DNA of 62,849 nt, counting the filler, from Stramenopiles sp. TOSAG23-2 (lineage: Eukaryota), in the NCBI GenBank assembly GCA_900128395.1. It is 5 parts of 5 records of this genome, joined end to end, with 100 filler letters (N's around TTAATTAATTAA, not from the genome) between each part and the next. Parts side by side here need not be neighbours in the genome. Positions count along the whole stretch, not along the records: positions 28,990 to 57,733 come from LT649396.1; 4 more parts are not named here. The stretch is one strand, 5' to 3'. Position numbers and translations under genes: made by a program. Below the pieces are notes generated by a model. That model had not been told where the DNA came from and ran no database searches. It saw only the letters and a list, made by a program, of their open reading frames with translations. Numbering within the stretch: the stretch's first letter is position 1; each line of letters starts with the position of its first letter. Below, in pieces: positions 32,511 through 44,600 of the stretch.

Positions 32511-34007
32511 ATGTCGGATACAATCCCTGTCTATAGGGAAGAGTATCTAGCCGTACGCTTTATAGTCGCTATTGAATCATTTATAATATTTACCTTTATT
32601 TTGCATAAATTAATTGTACATAGACACCATATACATTATCACGCTAAAATGGTACACCATCATACAAAAAAGAAAATACGAGATGTACACTATCACACCA
32701 AATTGAATATAGCGAAAGCGAAGACACGTTTCAAAGTTGCCCGTGCGTTGAGTTCAACGCATGATTTTGATGCTCGCTTAAGATCACCTCCACAACCTAG
32801 ACGTATACCAGGAACTAATAATAATACAAAAATCGCACCAGCAGAATTTGATGAAGATGGTAATTTTATTGATAATAATAATAATATGGATGGTATAAAT
32901 AATGATGCAAGTCCTAAAAAAGCCAATGGTAGTCCAAATAAAGCAAGTCCAGTAAAAAAAAATAGGAAAAAAATAAAGCCAACTGATCATTCTTGGTATA
33001 TCGACCCAAAAGAGTTAAAGTTAAAACTAAAAAAGCCAATTGCTAAAGGTACGTTCGGAAAAATTTATATTGGAGAGTGGCTGGGCCTTGTCGTTACAGC
33101 AAAGGAAATTGAAATTAAAACAGCAATGAACCCAAAAGGCAAATGCAAAGCAAGTGCTCAAAAGATAACGGAAGAATTTTACAAACTGTCTGAAATACGA
33201 CACCCTAATATCGTTATATTTTTAGGAGCTTGTATTACTCCAAAATGTTATGTAGTTATGGAACATTGTGCGCATGGTACATTAAAAAAATGGATGGCAA
33301 ATCAAGTAAGAGAAAGTAAACGTATAGATATGAGGATTGTGTTAGATTTTTTATCCGATATTGCACGTGGCGTTCGATATGCACATGAAAAATATAAAAT
33401 GATGGTTAGAAATTTACAAAGTGCAAAAATTTTCATCGATGAGCATTTACAAGCAAAAATCAGCGTGACTTTTGGCATGTCCCATTCATTAAGTGGATTT
33501 AAAGATGATGATTATCCCGCATGGAGTGCACCAGAAATTTTAAGAGGCGATGATTATAATGAAAAAGTCGATGTTTTTAGTTTTTCTATTGTAATGTGGG
33601 AGTTATTGACACGCAGCAAACCGTATGATGATGTCGAAGAGTTGAAGCAATTCAAAAATCCACATGAAGCAATCGCATTTGCAGTTGCAGAACATCATAT
33701 GAGACCGGAAATACCAGAATGGTGCCCTGAATCATTGCGAACCTTGATGGTGCATTGTTGGGCTGACGATAGTTATGCAAGGCCGGATTTTAATGGTATT
33801 ATACAATATTTAATTCGTATGAAAAATGCAAAAGAAGTTTTAGAAGCGCATGATGCTAAACATGGCCCTAAAGGTGCAATTAAAAGCATTCATTCCCCTA
33901 TCAATTACCAAAGCCCACCTGGATCTACTGGTAAGAAACCAACTTATAAAAAGGGCCCAACAAAAATACCTACTCCAGGTGGATATATTGTATTGCACAC
34001 ATCATGA
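32511..34007 (+). CDS. Tyrosine-kinase-like (TKL) pseudokinase with N-terminal TM segment
   Basis: KGTFGKIY, HPNIVIFLGAC, WSAPE, KVDVFSFSIVMWE, RPDF present; HRD is VRN and DFG is TFG. Confidence 0.85.
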   Translation: MSDTIPVYREEYLAVRFIVAIESFIIFTFILHKLIVHRHHIHYHAKMVHHHTKKKIRDVHYHTKLNIAKAKTRFKVARALSSTHDFDARLRSPPQPRRIPGTNNNTKIAPAEFDEDGNFIDNNNNMDGINNDASPKKANGSPNKASPVKKNRKKIKPTDHSWYIDPKELKLKLKKPIAKGTFGKIYIGEWLGLVVTAKEIEIKTAMNPKGKCKASAQKITEEFYKLSEIRHPNIVIFLGACITPKCYVVMEHCAHGTLKKWMANQVRESKRIDMRIVLDFLSDIARGVRYAHEKYKMMVRNLQSAKIFIDEHLQAKISVTFGMSHSLSGFKDDDYPAWSAPEILRGDDYNEKVDVFSFSIVMWELLTRSKPYDDVEELKQFKNPHEAIAFAVAEHHMRPEIPEWCPESLRTLMVHCWADDSYARPDFNGIIQYLIRMKNAKEVLEAHDAKHGPKGAIKSIHSPINYQSPPGSTGKKPTYKKGPTKIPTPGGYIVLHTS

Positions 34008-34332
34008 GGCATGAGAAGAGAAATATGATTACACAATGGGGTGTGAAGTAAAGTTTGTTATGATAGTGAAAAATGATTTAAAATGATATATTATATGATG
34101 CATATAATGCATATCATACGAACGTATTCATATGATATATCACATGATATATGATGGTTAAAATTTAAGTTATAATAATTTTACGCTTCTCGCGTTAAGT
34201 AATACCAGGTATGCTCAATACTCAATCGCAAGAATATGATATCATAATCTTTAAAGATGTGATAAAAACAAATATTATGTATTTTTTACACGCTCTTTAA
34301 AATTACACAAATTTTACACACTCTCTCTTCTC

Positions 34333-35799
34333 TCACCCAATATGCATCATATGTAGTGAATTGCCATTAACTTCGTGTATCTTTTTGACTTTTGACAATT
34401 GCTTGTATGCTTCATAATCGTTAAAGGTATTAATGGTTGTAGGTGACGTTGTCATTGGTGAGCGAATGCCATTGCTCTTCCCTTGCGTAATAATAACTCT
34501 CGGTGGACTGAATTCGCTATTAATTGACTTGGGTGTAATTTCTTCTTCGAAATCATCATCTTCATACGCATCGCCATCAATTTCTTCCTTTACAATAGCA
34601 TCTATAAGGTCTTCTTCGTCCTGTTGCTGCTGTCTCAATGTTTTCAGCAGTCGTTCAGATTCTTTCTTTAACAGTATTGGGCTATTGTTTATTGTTCGCA
34701 TTCGATTATGTCTATTACCACCTTCACGTTTACTATTTTTATTAGATGATGGACGGACAGGCATTATAGTATTATCCTTAGTACGATTCGGTGATGTCGA
34801 TGGTCTGACGGGGGATTCGCTTTCGTGGCCTTTTCGCTTTATTAACGGAGCCACGTTCCATCCTTTATGCTCGACACTTAATTTGCACATATAAATAATT
34901 TTCTTTTCCATTTCTTTTCTTTCTGCTAGCCAGTCATCTTTAACATAAAATGGACCTTGATCTTTTAATCTACGCTGAAAATGATAATTATCAACCGATA
35001 ACACTTCCGCTTCCTTTAACCTTTGTTGTGTGTATGGATTAGTTTCTGCAGAGTGTTTCATATTTTTACGCTCCATGTTCCATTGTTTAGGAGTATACGT
35101 AGGATGCACATGTTTTTCCATACGTTCAGCAGTCACCCGATTGTCAAAATCAATGTCTCTTAACACTTTCATACGTTTGTATGTATACGGATTCACAAGT
35201 CTTAATTGTTTTTTTTCTAAATAGTTTTCATTATTTTCTATTAAGTTAAATGTTGGTTCTGCATTTACTATATTATTTATATTTATAACATTATCGATAT
35301 CGATTTCTTCTTGTCGTTTCTGTCGCCTTACTGTATATGGGTTGCATAAAATAGCGCCATTTGTTTTCTTGCGCCACTCTCTCCACTTTTTTCGTTGATA
35401 TGTCGCTGGTGTTTTTTTCAACCTTCTTCGATAATGATGATTATCTAAATTTAACCACTTTTGATATTTTAATCTTGCCGGGCCATTAATAGTTTTAAAA
35501 TGTCTGTACTTTGCTTCTAAGCGATGATCAACTTGTGACTTATTAGCAGCTTTCATTCGTTTCTCCAATATTTTATTTTCTGTTTCATGATATTCCCTTT
35601 CCATTTTTTCCATTAAACGTTTTTTCCTGTCGACACGACGTATTATTTTGCCTTTCTTTATATTATACGAGTGAGGTAAAGTTGTATCGATACTACATTT
35701 CGTTTTTCTAATGCGATCCCGGCGTTCTTTTTCCTTCCTTTTCCTTTGCTTCGCCGATACTTTTGGTTCACTGCCATTGCCAAAGCTTCCAGCTGGCAT
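34333..35799 (-). CDS. Basic repeat protein, CFAP97/hemingway-like (probable ciliary microtubule-associated)
   Basis: Repeated units of the form I..DN.....RL....P.Y....W..ER, followed by RPSTSP/RPSS motifs. Confidence 0.55.
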   Translation of the reverse strand: MPAGSFGNGSEPKVSAKQRKRKEKERRDRIRKTKCSIDTTLPHSYNIKKGKIIRRVDRKKRLMEKMEREYHETENKILEKRMKAANKSQVDHRLEAKYRHFKTINGPARLKYQKWLNLDNHHYRRRLKKTPATYQRKKWREWRKKTNGAILCNPYTVRRQKRQEEIDIDNVININNIVNAEPTFNLIENNENYLEKKQLRLVNPYTYKRMKVLRDIDFDNRVTAERMEKHVHPTYTPKQWNMERKNMKHSAETNPYTQQRLKEAEVLSVDNYHFQRRLKDQGPFYVKDDWLAERKEMEKKIIYMCKLSVEHKGWNVAPLIKRKGHESESPVRPSTSPNRTKDNTIMPVRPSSNKNSKREGGNRHNRMRTINNSPILLKKESERLLKTLRQQQQDEEDLIDAIVKEEIDGDAYEDDDFEEEITPKSINSEFSPPRVIITQGKSNGIRSPMTTSPTTINTFNDYEAYKQLSKVKKIHEVNGNSLHMMHIG

Positions 35800-36659
35800 G
35801 TTTTGTATAATGATGGGTGTCGTCTTTACGAATAAGAAGATATTGGTGGTTAATAATACTGATATTAATGTCAGTAGTATATCAGGAATATATATAGTAT
35901 TATTTGGTAATATTATTTATAGTTTTTGTTGTTATATTTTATTATAGTTCTTCTTTCTTCTTTCTTCTTCTTGTTGTGTTTTTTTAGTTTGCCAGTTTGC
36001 TGCTGTTGTTGCCGGTAGTGTTTTGTAGTATTATTATACCAGGTACAATTGTTTTGCGTGCTGCAATTTTGTGCAGTAATTTTATACGAATTTTGTACTA
36101 CTCAACAGGAAAATAGGTCAGATTATTTATGTTAACCCGTAATGCTGTGTGCATGCATTTTCCTGTAGTAGCGTTTCTTTAGTTTTTGGCCGAAAAATGG
36201 AGAAACTACAACAGCATAATCTATTTTTAACAAAACCAGCAGAGAATCGACTTCATTTTTAATCAGTTACACCCTTTCTTATTTTAATACCATCATTATA
36301 CCATTATACCAGGAATGATATAATAATAAAGAATAATGAACAAGAACACAACAAGCTTATAATATAGCAGCAACAAATATCAGATGATATATAATAGCAT
36401 TAGTATAACTACTATAGTCCAGTAGTAGCTTTATAATAACATATATGTATACTATTAATACATTATTAGTATTACTGACTAAAAGTTTATCATTACTTAA
36501 TGTGTTTGCGGATGTATAAACATTCGAAAAGTTCATATTGTTTATTTTCTTAGTTTAAACGATTGTATATATAACTTTATAATCATAGATTATCTATCTA
36601 TATATATAGTTTTGCATATCACATCACTACAATAAAAAAGATAGCTGAAAAATATAATA

Positions 36660-37799
36660 ATGGATGGGCGTGACCCAAAGCAACATGCTAGAGAGGAAAA
36701 AGTTAGAATAGGCCGTTTAATGAAAGCAAAAAAATCTATAGATAATGAGATGCCAAAAGGTTTAAGAAGGGGCAAAGGAGGGAAAGTATTTCGCAAGCGA
36801 GATGCAAAGAAAGAGATGAAAATGAAAGCTATGCAAGAATATATGAAAAAAGAGAATATGATATTAAAAAGACGTGTTGCCGATATGGTAAAAGCAGATC
36901 AAAAACACCGTGGTGCGCATATTAAATTTAGAAGCGTGAATGAAGTTGTGCAAAAGAAAGAAAGGCAAAGGATTAAAAACGATAATGATATATTAAAGCG
37001 TAATCTTGCAAATTCAACTGCATTTTACGATGTTAGAGCGATAGAACGAGATACCGCGCGTATGAAAAAACAGTGGGAACGAAACCCATTTACAATATTA
37101 CGAGAAAATAATGCTAAAAAATTGATAGAAGAAAATAAAATTAATAGAGAAAGGCTAAAGAAAAATGGTAAAGCTTTTTACAATGTTAGAGAATGGGAAG
37201 CGGATGTTAAGCGAATGAAAAATAAATTATTGAAAGCGGATCCAACATGGAAAGTCAGGCAGCGTGCTATAAGGCGCGAGAATAAAATAAATGCTCAACG
37301 ATTTAAAAAAAATTCTCGTGCATATTATAATCCTGCAGAATGGGAAGCTGATGTTAAAAAGATGAGAAATAAGATTATCAAAGGTGTTCCACAATGGAAA
37401 ATAAGACAAGATAGATTAAGACATGAAAACAATGCATTTTACAAACGATTAGAGAAAACGAAACCTTTAATTGGTAGCGTAGAAGAATGGGATCGAGACC
37501 GAGCGCGGATTGAAGAAAGAATAGTATGGACATGTTCATTGCGTAGTGGTAGATTAGGTAGAAATGTTGCACCATTATTACAAGATTCTCCAGCGTTACA
37601 AAAACGGAATAAACAAAATTCACCTAGAAAAATTAATTCACCACGTAGACCACAATCATCCACAACATCTCCCAGAGGTACTTACCGTAGAAAAAGATAT
37701 GAACAATTTGGTGTTACGCCGAAAAGGCCAAAGCGCCCGGCTAGCGCCGGTAAAAAGAAACCAAAACGAAAGAATTATATGTTGTTAGGTTATTTGTAA
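36660..37799 (+). CDS. Basic repeat protein, CFAP97/hemingway-like; paralogue of 34333-35799
   Basis: Repeated EN.I...RL.....AFY....WEAD...M units; CSLR...G.NVAPLL matches CKLS...GWNVAPLI in the neighbouring gene. Confidence 0.6.
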   Translation: MDGRDPKQHAREEKVRIGRLMKAKKSIDNEMPKGLRRGKGGKVFRKRDAKKEMKMKAMQEYMKKENMILKRRVADMVKADQKHRGAHIKFRSVNEVVQKKERQRIKNDNDILKRNLANSTAFYDVRAIERDTARMKKQWERNPFTILRENNAKKLIEENKINRERLKKNGKAFYNVREWEADVKRMKNKLLKADPTWKVRQRAIRRENKINAQRFKKNSRAYYNPAEWEADVKKMRNKIIKGVPQWKIRQDRLRHENNAFYKRLEKTKPLIGSVEEWDRDRARIEERIVWTCSLRSGRLGRNVAPLLQDSPALQKRNKQNSPRKINSPRRPQSSTTSPRGTYRRKRYEQFGVTPKRPKRPASAGKKKPKRKNYMLLGYL

Positions 37800-38227
37800 A
37801 AAAAAAATAAAAAGCTGTGATGAATGCCGCCTGGAATGCCTATCTATCGATAGCTCTATAGTGTGAATCAAAAAATCTGTTTTATGTATACTTATATTGA
37901 TATTGTTATATACTTCTTCGCATTAATTTCCTATATATAGTTAGCAGATCATAGCATCATTGAACATAAAACGACCTAAGCGCCTCTAAACTCTTCCAAA
38001 AACAACCTTCCTCTCTTGCGTAGCTCGGAGCAATTACGAATTTTTATAGCAGCATAGCAATACTATCTAGCAAATGAAAAAATGAAAACAAATATATAAT
38101 CTCATAAAATAAATATTGATTGAAGTACACATCACCCATTGTCGATAATACTTTTTTAAGAAACGAAAAGTGTTTTACATTGAAAAGACATTTACATCGA
38201 AAAAACATTTACAAAAAACCTACGACT

Positions 38228-38686
38228 ATGCCACAACCAACACCAATCATTTCTGCTTGCGAATTTGGACGCAAAGACGATGTCCAACGGCTCATTGAAA
38301 ATGGCGTTAACATAAATGCTTTGGGGTTCAACGAAGATTTACATGACCGCACGGCATTGATGGCGGCGCTCGAATTTCAAGAAGTCGAAATCGCCGTATT
38401 GTTATTAGCAGCTGGGGCAGATGTAAACGTTGTCAATAGTTGTGGATGGACTGCACTACATTTTGCAGCCAGAGGTGACGACAACGTCATTGGTGGTGAG
38501 GGGCATTTGGAAGCCTTACGATGTATATTAGCCACACGGGTTAATGTAAATGCTCTAACTAACGCCAGTGTTGGTGAAACTGCGTTAGATATTATTATCG
38601 ACAATGTGCAAGGTGGACAAAAAGATCAATTGATCGAGTTCATCCGTCATTCCGGCGGACGAAGAGCAAGTGAAGGTGTCTTTTAA
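38228..38686 (+). CDS. Ankyrin-repeat protein
   Basis: First ATG at 38228. TPIISAC, RTALMAA...LLAAGADVN, GWTALHFAA, GETALD. Confidence 0.85.
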   Translation: MPQPTPIISACEFGRKDDVQRLIENGVNINALGFNEDLHDRTALMAALEFQEVEIAVLLLAAGADVNVVNSCGWTALHFAARGDDNVIGGEGHLEALRCILATRVNVNALTNASVGETALDIIIDNVQGGQKDQLIEFIRHSGGRRASEGVF

Positions 38687-39052
38687 ATTCACGAATAGCA
38701 AGAAGCGGCGAGAGTCTTTTTTTATTGACACTGGAAAAAAACTTCTTCGGTGTTATAAATATGATAATATGATATTATATATATTGATATTTTAATATTT
38801 TATAAAAAAAAGCTTTTTACTTTTTTTTCCCTGTTCTCTGTTCTTCTTACAAGTCAACGAGTATTCCCTAAATTCATAGCTCGCATATTTTTTTAAAATC
38901 GGGGTGTACATGATTTATACTCGTGTATTTTTTTCTCAGGTTTTTATCTCACCACCTATACTATTAATACTTTCTCCTGTGTTTTTTACTTTTTTTTATC
39001 TTTGATTTAAAAAACGACTTTTCGACTCTCCGCAAATGAAATATTAATATTT

Positions 39053-41706
39053 CTAACGACCAACTAATCCACGACTCTTAGGAAATTGACTTTCCATATC
39101 ACGTTCACGGTTTTCTCTTTCATATACATCATCACGATCTTTCTTGCCTTCATTATCATCGTCGCGGCTACGACCATCTCTACGTCTACGCCTATCAGCT
39201 GTGCGCGGTCTACGAGAACGTTTGCCGCTTTTTGGACGGCCACCACCTCTGTCTTTATTTCGACTCTCGTCATTATATTCTCTCCTTTCATTACCGCCAT
39301 CATTACCACCGCCATCTTCCCCATTGTAATTCAAATATGGGTTAAAATTAGTAGCATTTGGTAAATTTTCTGGTGGCTGGAACGTAACCTCGTCTTCTTC
39401 ACCAATCAATGCGGCATTTAATGCCGCTTGTACACGTTGCGACATTGCTGGTCCTTCATAATCATGTGTCGTTCGTTGAGGCATGTCCAAATCAAAATTT
39501 ACAATATTGTCACCGCGATAACGTGGATTATTGTCGTATTGTTTACGGTGCCTTGCAAATTCACTTTCAGGCCTGCGTGAATTATTAGCAGATAATGGTC
39601 TGCGCCCACGCAATTTGTTGCCAGCTATTTCCAATCTAGCCACTTGCCATGATTCGTTCTCTTCATTCCATTTTGCACGTCTATGCAACTGTTCAACTTC
39701 ATCAGGAGGGACAAAATTATCCAAAATCATATCTTTTAACTTCAATTGTCGCTGCAAGTCACGAATCGTATCTAACATATCTTCCCTTTCCCTACCGAAT
39801 TCTTCCCCCATGTCTTTGATTTCCTCTTTAGTTTGTTGGTATTTTTGCCAAACTTTTTTCAATTTCTTAGTTTTAACATCAACTTCTTCCGACAAACTGG
39901 CAAATTGTTCCTCCACCATCATGGTAGCTTCTTCTCGCTCAGCTAATTCCCGTGCCAATTCTTGTTCTTGTCTTCTCCTTTCTTCCAACTCAATCTGTGC
40001 TTGCCTCAATTCATATTCTTGCTTTGCCGCTTTGTCCATCAAATCGCCTCCTATTAACAATTTGTTTTCCATTGCAGCTAATTTTTTCTTCAATAGTTGC
40101 CTTGCTTTTTCAGCTTTACCAGCTTCGGCCCTTTCACGTGCGACAGCCTCTTCCATCGCTTTCTTCTCTTTTTCCGCTTGCTCTTGTAAAAGTCTTAAAC
40201 GTTGTTGTTCATTACGTGCTTTATTCTCGATTTCAGCACGTTGTTTCGCATTGCGTTCTTCCAACTCCTTCATCTTTGCTTCGCTAATACCTTCTTTGTA
40301 AACGACTTTTTCAACAATACGTTCTTGTACTTTGCCGCCGCCACCAAAGCCGCCGCCGCCGCCTCCGCCGCCGCCGCCACCACCATTTTGCAATTGTTTT
40401 TTCAAACGCATAATTTCTTCTTGAAACTCGCGTAACATAGCATCTTTTGGATCTTCATTAATACGTGGTTTATTTTTAATATTTTTAGCCCTATTTGCAT
40501 AACGTAATGTACTCAACGTCTCGTCATAGTTGTATCCAGCTGGACCACAATTGGCACACATCACCGTTTTTGTGTTGCCACCTAATGAGTCTTGTAACAA
40601 TCTCGTCAATTTACTATCACGATATGGAATATGTTGACTTTTTGCATCTACCAATGCAGAGATAACATTACCCAATGCACTTAATGATAAATTAATTTTC
40701 GTTGCTTCTTTTAATCGTTGCCCAGTTGCACCTGTTTTCGATTGCCTTTCACTACCTGCTAAATCAACCATATTCAATTTACCAACGCGAATATGAGCTT
40801 CGCCATCGTCTTGGTCCATCTCACTTGTCTCGATTGTTATTGTAAAAATACTATGTGATCGTGAACTTGTTTGGTTCATCAACGTCGAGCCAACACTTCT
40901 GTTTTTCTTACCACTTTGCATAACGTGGTCAATTTCACTTACACTTTTCACAACAAATGATGTTAAATCTTTCACATAAACACCACTATCAACATTTTCT
41001 TTCAAATCCAATCTGTTTTTTGGATCTTTTGCAAGCAAATCACGAATTTCTTCGTTGTAAATTTCCAAATAGGAGGCACGTACTAAAAATTGTTTCTCCT
41101 TCGTCTTATTCATGGATATATTTTGAAATATATGACGAAAGGTATTTGGAATAATTCCTCTTAACTCTGGTGGATCTGGGACACCTTCCATGGTAAATGT
41201 TTTACCAGCTCCTGTTTGGCCATATGCAAAAATAGTACCATTGTATCCTTCCATAGCTGCCTCGACAATCGGTGCAGCTGTCTCGTCATATAGATTTTTT
41301 TGAACGGTATTTGCACCATATACATTATCAAAAGTAAAACTTTTTGGGTCTGTTCTACGGTCTGCGTTTGGATCTTTTAAAAAAATTTGACATGTTTTTC
41401 GATCAATTTCAACTACTTTTTCCCTACCATCTTGCTTCTCCTTTGAAGACATCGGTCTACATCGTACGACCACACGCACCGTCTCCGATTTCTTATTTGC
41501 AAGTTTACGCGCTGTGTGTGTGTGTGTGTGTATATATATGTTGTTAATATGGTATATGGTATATTCAAATATTTGTTAGTTAACGTTATTTTTTTTAATG
41601 TTTTGGGTCCTCATTTTTCTATATATAGATAATTTCTTGAATTACTAGCTTTAGTACATATATATATATACGAGTAGATAAACTTACCTAAATGTTCTGC
41701 TGACAT
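39053..41706 (-). CDS. KIF3: Kinesin-2 (kinesin-II) motor subunit, KIF3A/B / FLA8-FLA10 type; exons 41706-41688 and 41511-39053
   Basis: VRVVVRCRP, GQTGAGKT, SSRSH, DLAGSE, NEDPKDAMLREFQEEI and a kinesin-2 stalk. Intron 41512-41687 (GTAAGT...AACTAAC...CAG) supplies the ATG exon MSAEHL in frame. Confidence 0.93.
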
Positions 41707-42672
41707 GTTTGCTTTGTTAAATTTATATATTTCCTTTTCTACTAACTCTTTTTTTTTTCCCCACAATCACGTTGTTGTTACTTTCTTCTATCTAATTATT
41801 TTATTTCAATTATTATTTGACATATTTAAAAATCAAAATCATCTCTGTGCAGGTGAAGCTCCTATCTGGAGGTGTATAAATCTGGAGATGGAAATTCCAA
41901 CACACCAAATATCAAAAAACAAATTGAGATGGCATCAATGCAATTATATTCCCATACATAATATTGCCATTATTCCCATTTTGTTACATCTTGGTTTTTA
42001 AATATCCGACACAGTGAAATATGATTCCCAAATAACTATATTCACTATTCACTATTGGATGAAGATGATAATACGATGAAGGCTGAAGTTGCATAAAATT
42101 TCAAATATATAAAATATTTCACGGCTTTTGTGTATTTTACCAATCAATGACGTATAATTTATACTTGAATGGGAGATTAGAATACCGAAAATGCATGAGG
42201 TATCATCAGTCACACACAGCACACAGCAGCTGTGGAATTTTTGCAAATTAAAGTAACAGCTTTTATTTCATTTATTATCAACAATTTCAATAGTAATACG
42301 TTGTTATAACTTTTATTAAACTTGTATATATACTACTACATTTATTATAATTTTTTATTATTAATAATATAAAAAAATATATGTATTGCTGGTATATATA
42401 CATATATCAATTCCATCCGTATACATGACATTGTACAACCTATTACATCGCTGTAATACGATTTGATTATACATATACACATACACACACACAGATATAT
42501 ATCCACATTCCTGATTTGTATAATTTCATTTTATAGTATTATTATACTTTGTCTATTATAAAATATATTACTATTTGCTAATAATTTTTGTTACTTGTAT
42601 TTAGTATTATATAATTTATTGTATATATATAATAAAGTTGTATAATATAGCAAATATTCACTGTCCACCACC

Positions 42673-44454
42673 ATGTTAAAAACCACCATTGAAGATGCAG
42701 GTTCTGAAAATGATACACAATCACAAAAAGAAGCCTTTCAACAAATACGAAGAGAAATAGCTACATCGTCTGATATAACAGAACAACAACAATTGCAAAT
42801 TATACACGATGAGGAAGCAGAACGACAAAAAGAGGAAGAACGAATAACTAATCAAGAAGAGCAAATGGAACGCGAAAAGGAAATGGTAACAGAGTTAGCT
42901 CAATCAGGGGTGACATTTGCATACGAGACAGCCCTACTAGCCGCAGCGAAAAAAAAAGATTTAAGAGCTACAGAATTATTAGAGTTTGTAGCAAAAAAAA
43001 TAGAAAATTTTGGAAGACAATGGAATTCTGGTTATATAAATAAAGATCGATATTTATCACCAACGCGAATGCCACAACCACAACAACAAGATGATTCGCA
43101 AAGTGAAGCTCAAGAAACTAATTATGATGAATACGATATCAAAATTAATCAAGATGAATGGGAAGGTGATATTGCAGAAGCATGGCCCAGTCCAACAAGT
43201 CAATCGTATGATGCAGGCAGTGCATATGGAGAAGAGGAAGAAGTACCACCAACTCCAAGTGGTATTACCACGTTACAAGCAATTCACCGTGGTAATCTAG
43301 ATAGAGAACGTGTTCGAAAAATGCAAGAAGATGCTGCAAATAGTCTAGATAGAGAACGTCTTCGAAAACTGCAAGAAGATGCAGAAAAAAATGGAAAACA
43401 AAACGAGGAAGAACGTGAAGCTGCAAGAAAAGAACGGGAGGCATTGGATGCAGAAAAAGCAAGATTAGCAGAGGAAGCAGCAAGATTAGAAGCTGAAAAA
43501 GCACGATTGGCTGCAATGGCTGCAGAGTTAGAAGCTGAAAAAATGAAAATAGAAGAAGAAAAACGACGACATCGTGCTGCAACGAAAATACAAGCAGCTC
43601 ATCGAGGTGTATTAGGTAGAAAGCGAATTAAAAATATGCATCACGGTGCAACAAAAAAGCAAGCATTGTATCGTGGACATGTAGCAAGAAAACGAGTGAA
43701 AAAAATGAAAGAAGAAATAGAAGCAGCAAAGCCACCTCCAGTTGCATTAGTGAAAAAGGAAAAACGAAAGAAGAAAAAAGTATATAAATCAAAAAATAAA
43801 TTACCATTATCAAAGGTAAAAGACTATATTGCAGGAATGTATGAGAAAAAAGTAAAAGCTGATATGGTAGATGATAAAAAAGGTAACGAACGTGATACAT
43901 TGGAAGAATTTTGTGATGATTTTTTTTCTCAAATGTTTGGTATGCCAGCATTAGCTGGTAAAAAACGATATGAATTAGAACAAGGTGTAAAACGTTTTCA
44001 AAAAGATGATGAGTTTGTTAGATGGTACGGTTCATTGATTGGTTGGTTAGACGACGATGTTCACGAAGGTATCGTAACACCGTTTAAAGAAGAAGCAATT
44101 GATGCATACTTATATGTATTATCGAAAGTGGTTATTCCAGATGCTATTGAGGAAACATTAGATGATGATCCATGCTTAATTAAATTTGTAGATGTAAAAA
44201 GTGCAATAGAAAAGTTATTTAAGAAACAACTTCATGATGAAAAAATTAAAACTTTAGAAGCAAAGATAGAAGAAACTGTGGAAGAGGAAGAAGTTGAATT
44301 TGAAGAAACCTTTGATTTAATTATGAGGACATGGTATGAATACGAAGAACCTATAATTTGCCCTAAACTACCCAAAGACGAGGAACCAAAAGCGAAGGAG
44401 AAGGAGAAAAAAGGTGGTGGACGAAGAAGAGGAAAAGGTGGTAGAAGGAGGTAA
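42673..44454 (+). CDS. IQ-motif coiled-coil protein
   Basis: LQAIHRGNLDR, IQAAHRGVLGRK, QALYRGHVARK; E/A-rich coiled coil; helical C-terminal domain. Confidence 0.8.
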   Translation: MLKTTIEDAGSENDTQSQKEAFQQIRREIATSSDITEQQQLQIIHDEEAERQKEEERITNQEEQMEREKEMVTELAQSGVTFAYETALLAAAKKKDLRATELLEFVAKKIENFGRQWNSGYINKDRYLSPTRMPQPQQQDDSQSEAQETNYDEYDIKINQDEWEGDIAEAWPSPTSQSYDAGSAYGEEEEVPPTPSGITTLQAIHRGNLDRERVRKMQEDAANSLDRERLRKLQEDAEKNGKQNEEEREAARKEREALDAEKARLAEEAARLEAEKARLAAMAAELEAEKMKIEEEKRRHRAATKIQAAHRGVLGRKRIKNMHHGATKKQALYRGHVARKRVKKMKEEIEAAKPPPVALVKKEKRKKKKVYKSKNKLPLSKVKDYIAGMYEKKVKADMVDDKKGNERDTLEEFCDDFFSQMFGMPALAGKKRYELEQGVKRFQKDDEFVRWYGSLIGWLDDDVHEGIVTPFKEEAIDAYLYVLSKVVIPDAIEETLDDDPCLIKFVDVKSAIEKLFKKQLHDEKIKTLEAKIEETVEEEEVEFEETFDLIMRTWYEYEEPIICPKLPKDEEPKAKEKEKKGGGRRRGKGGRRR

Positions 44455-44600
44455 AAACTTTTTTGTAATATAATTTTATATTCGTACGTTATATTTTTAT
44501 TTATTTACAGCGTAATTCTCAAAGATAGTTTTCACACGCCATATTTAATATTTGTTATTTCCCTCTCACACCATTTCATAAATCTAACACCACATACCCT

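Noticed and set aside
39531..40301. 256-aa antisense ORF over kinesin, and the many other short overlapping ORFs in the track
   Set aside because: Shadow frames of real genes or low-complexity AT-rich DNA; no recognisable motifs.
41596..41625. ATGAGGA C-box-like word in the kinesin intron
   Set aside because: No downstream CTGA D box or terminal stem within the intron.
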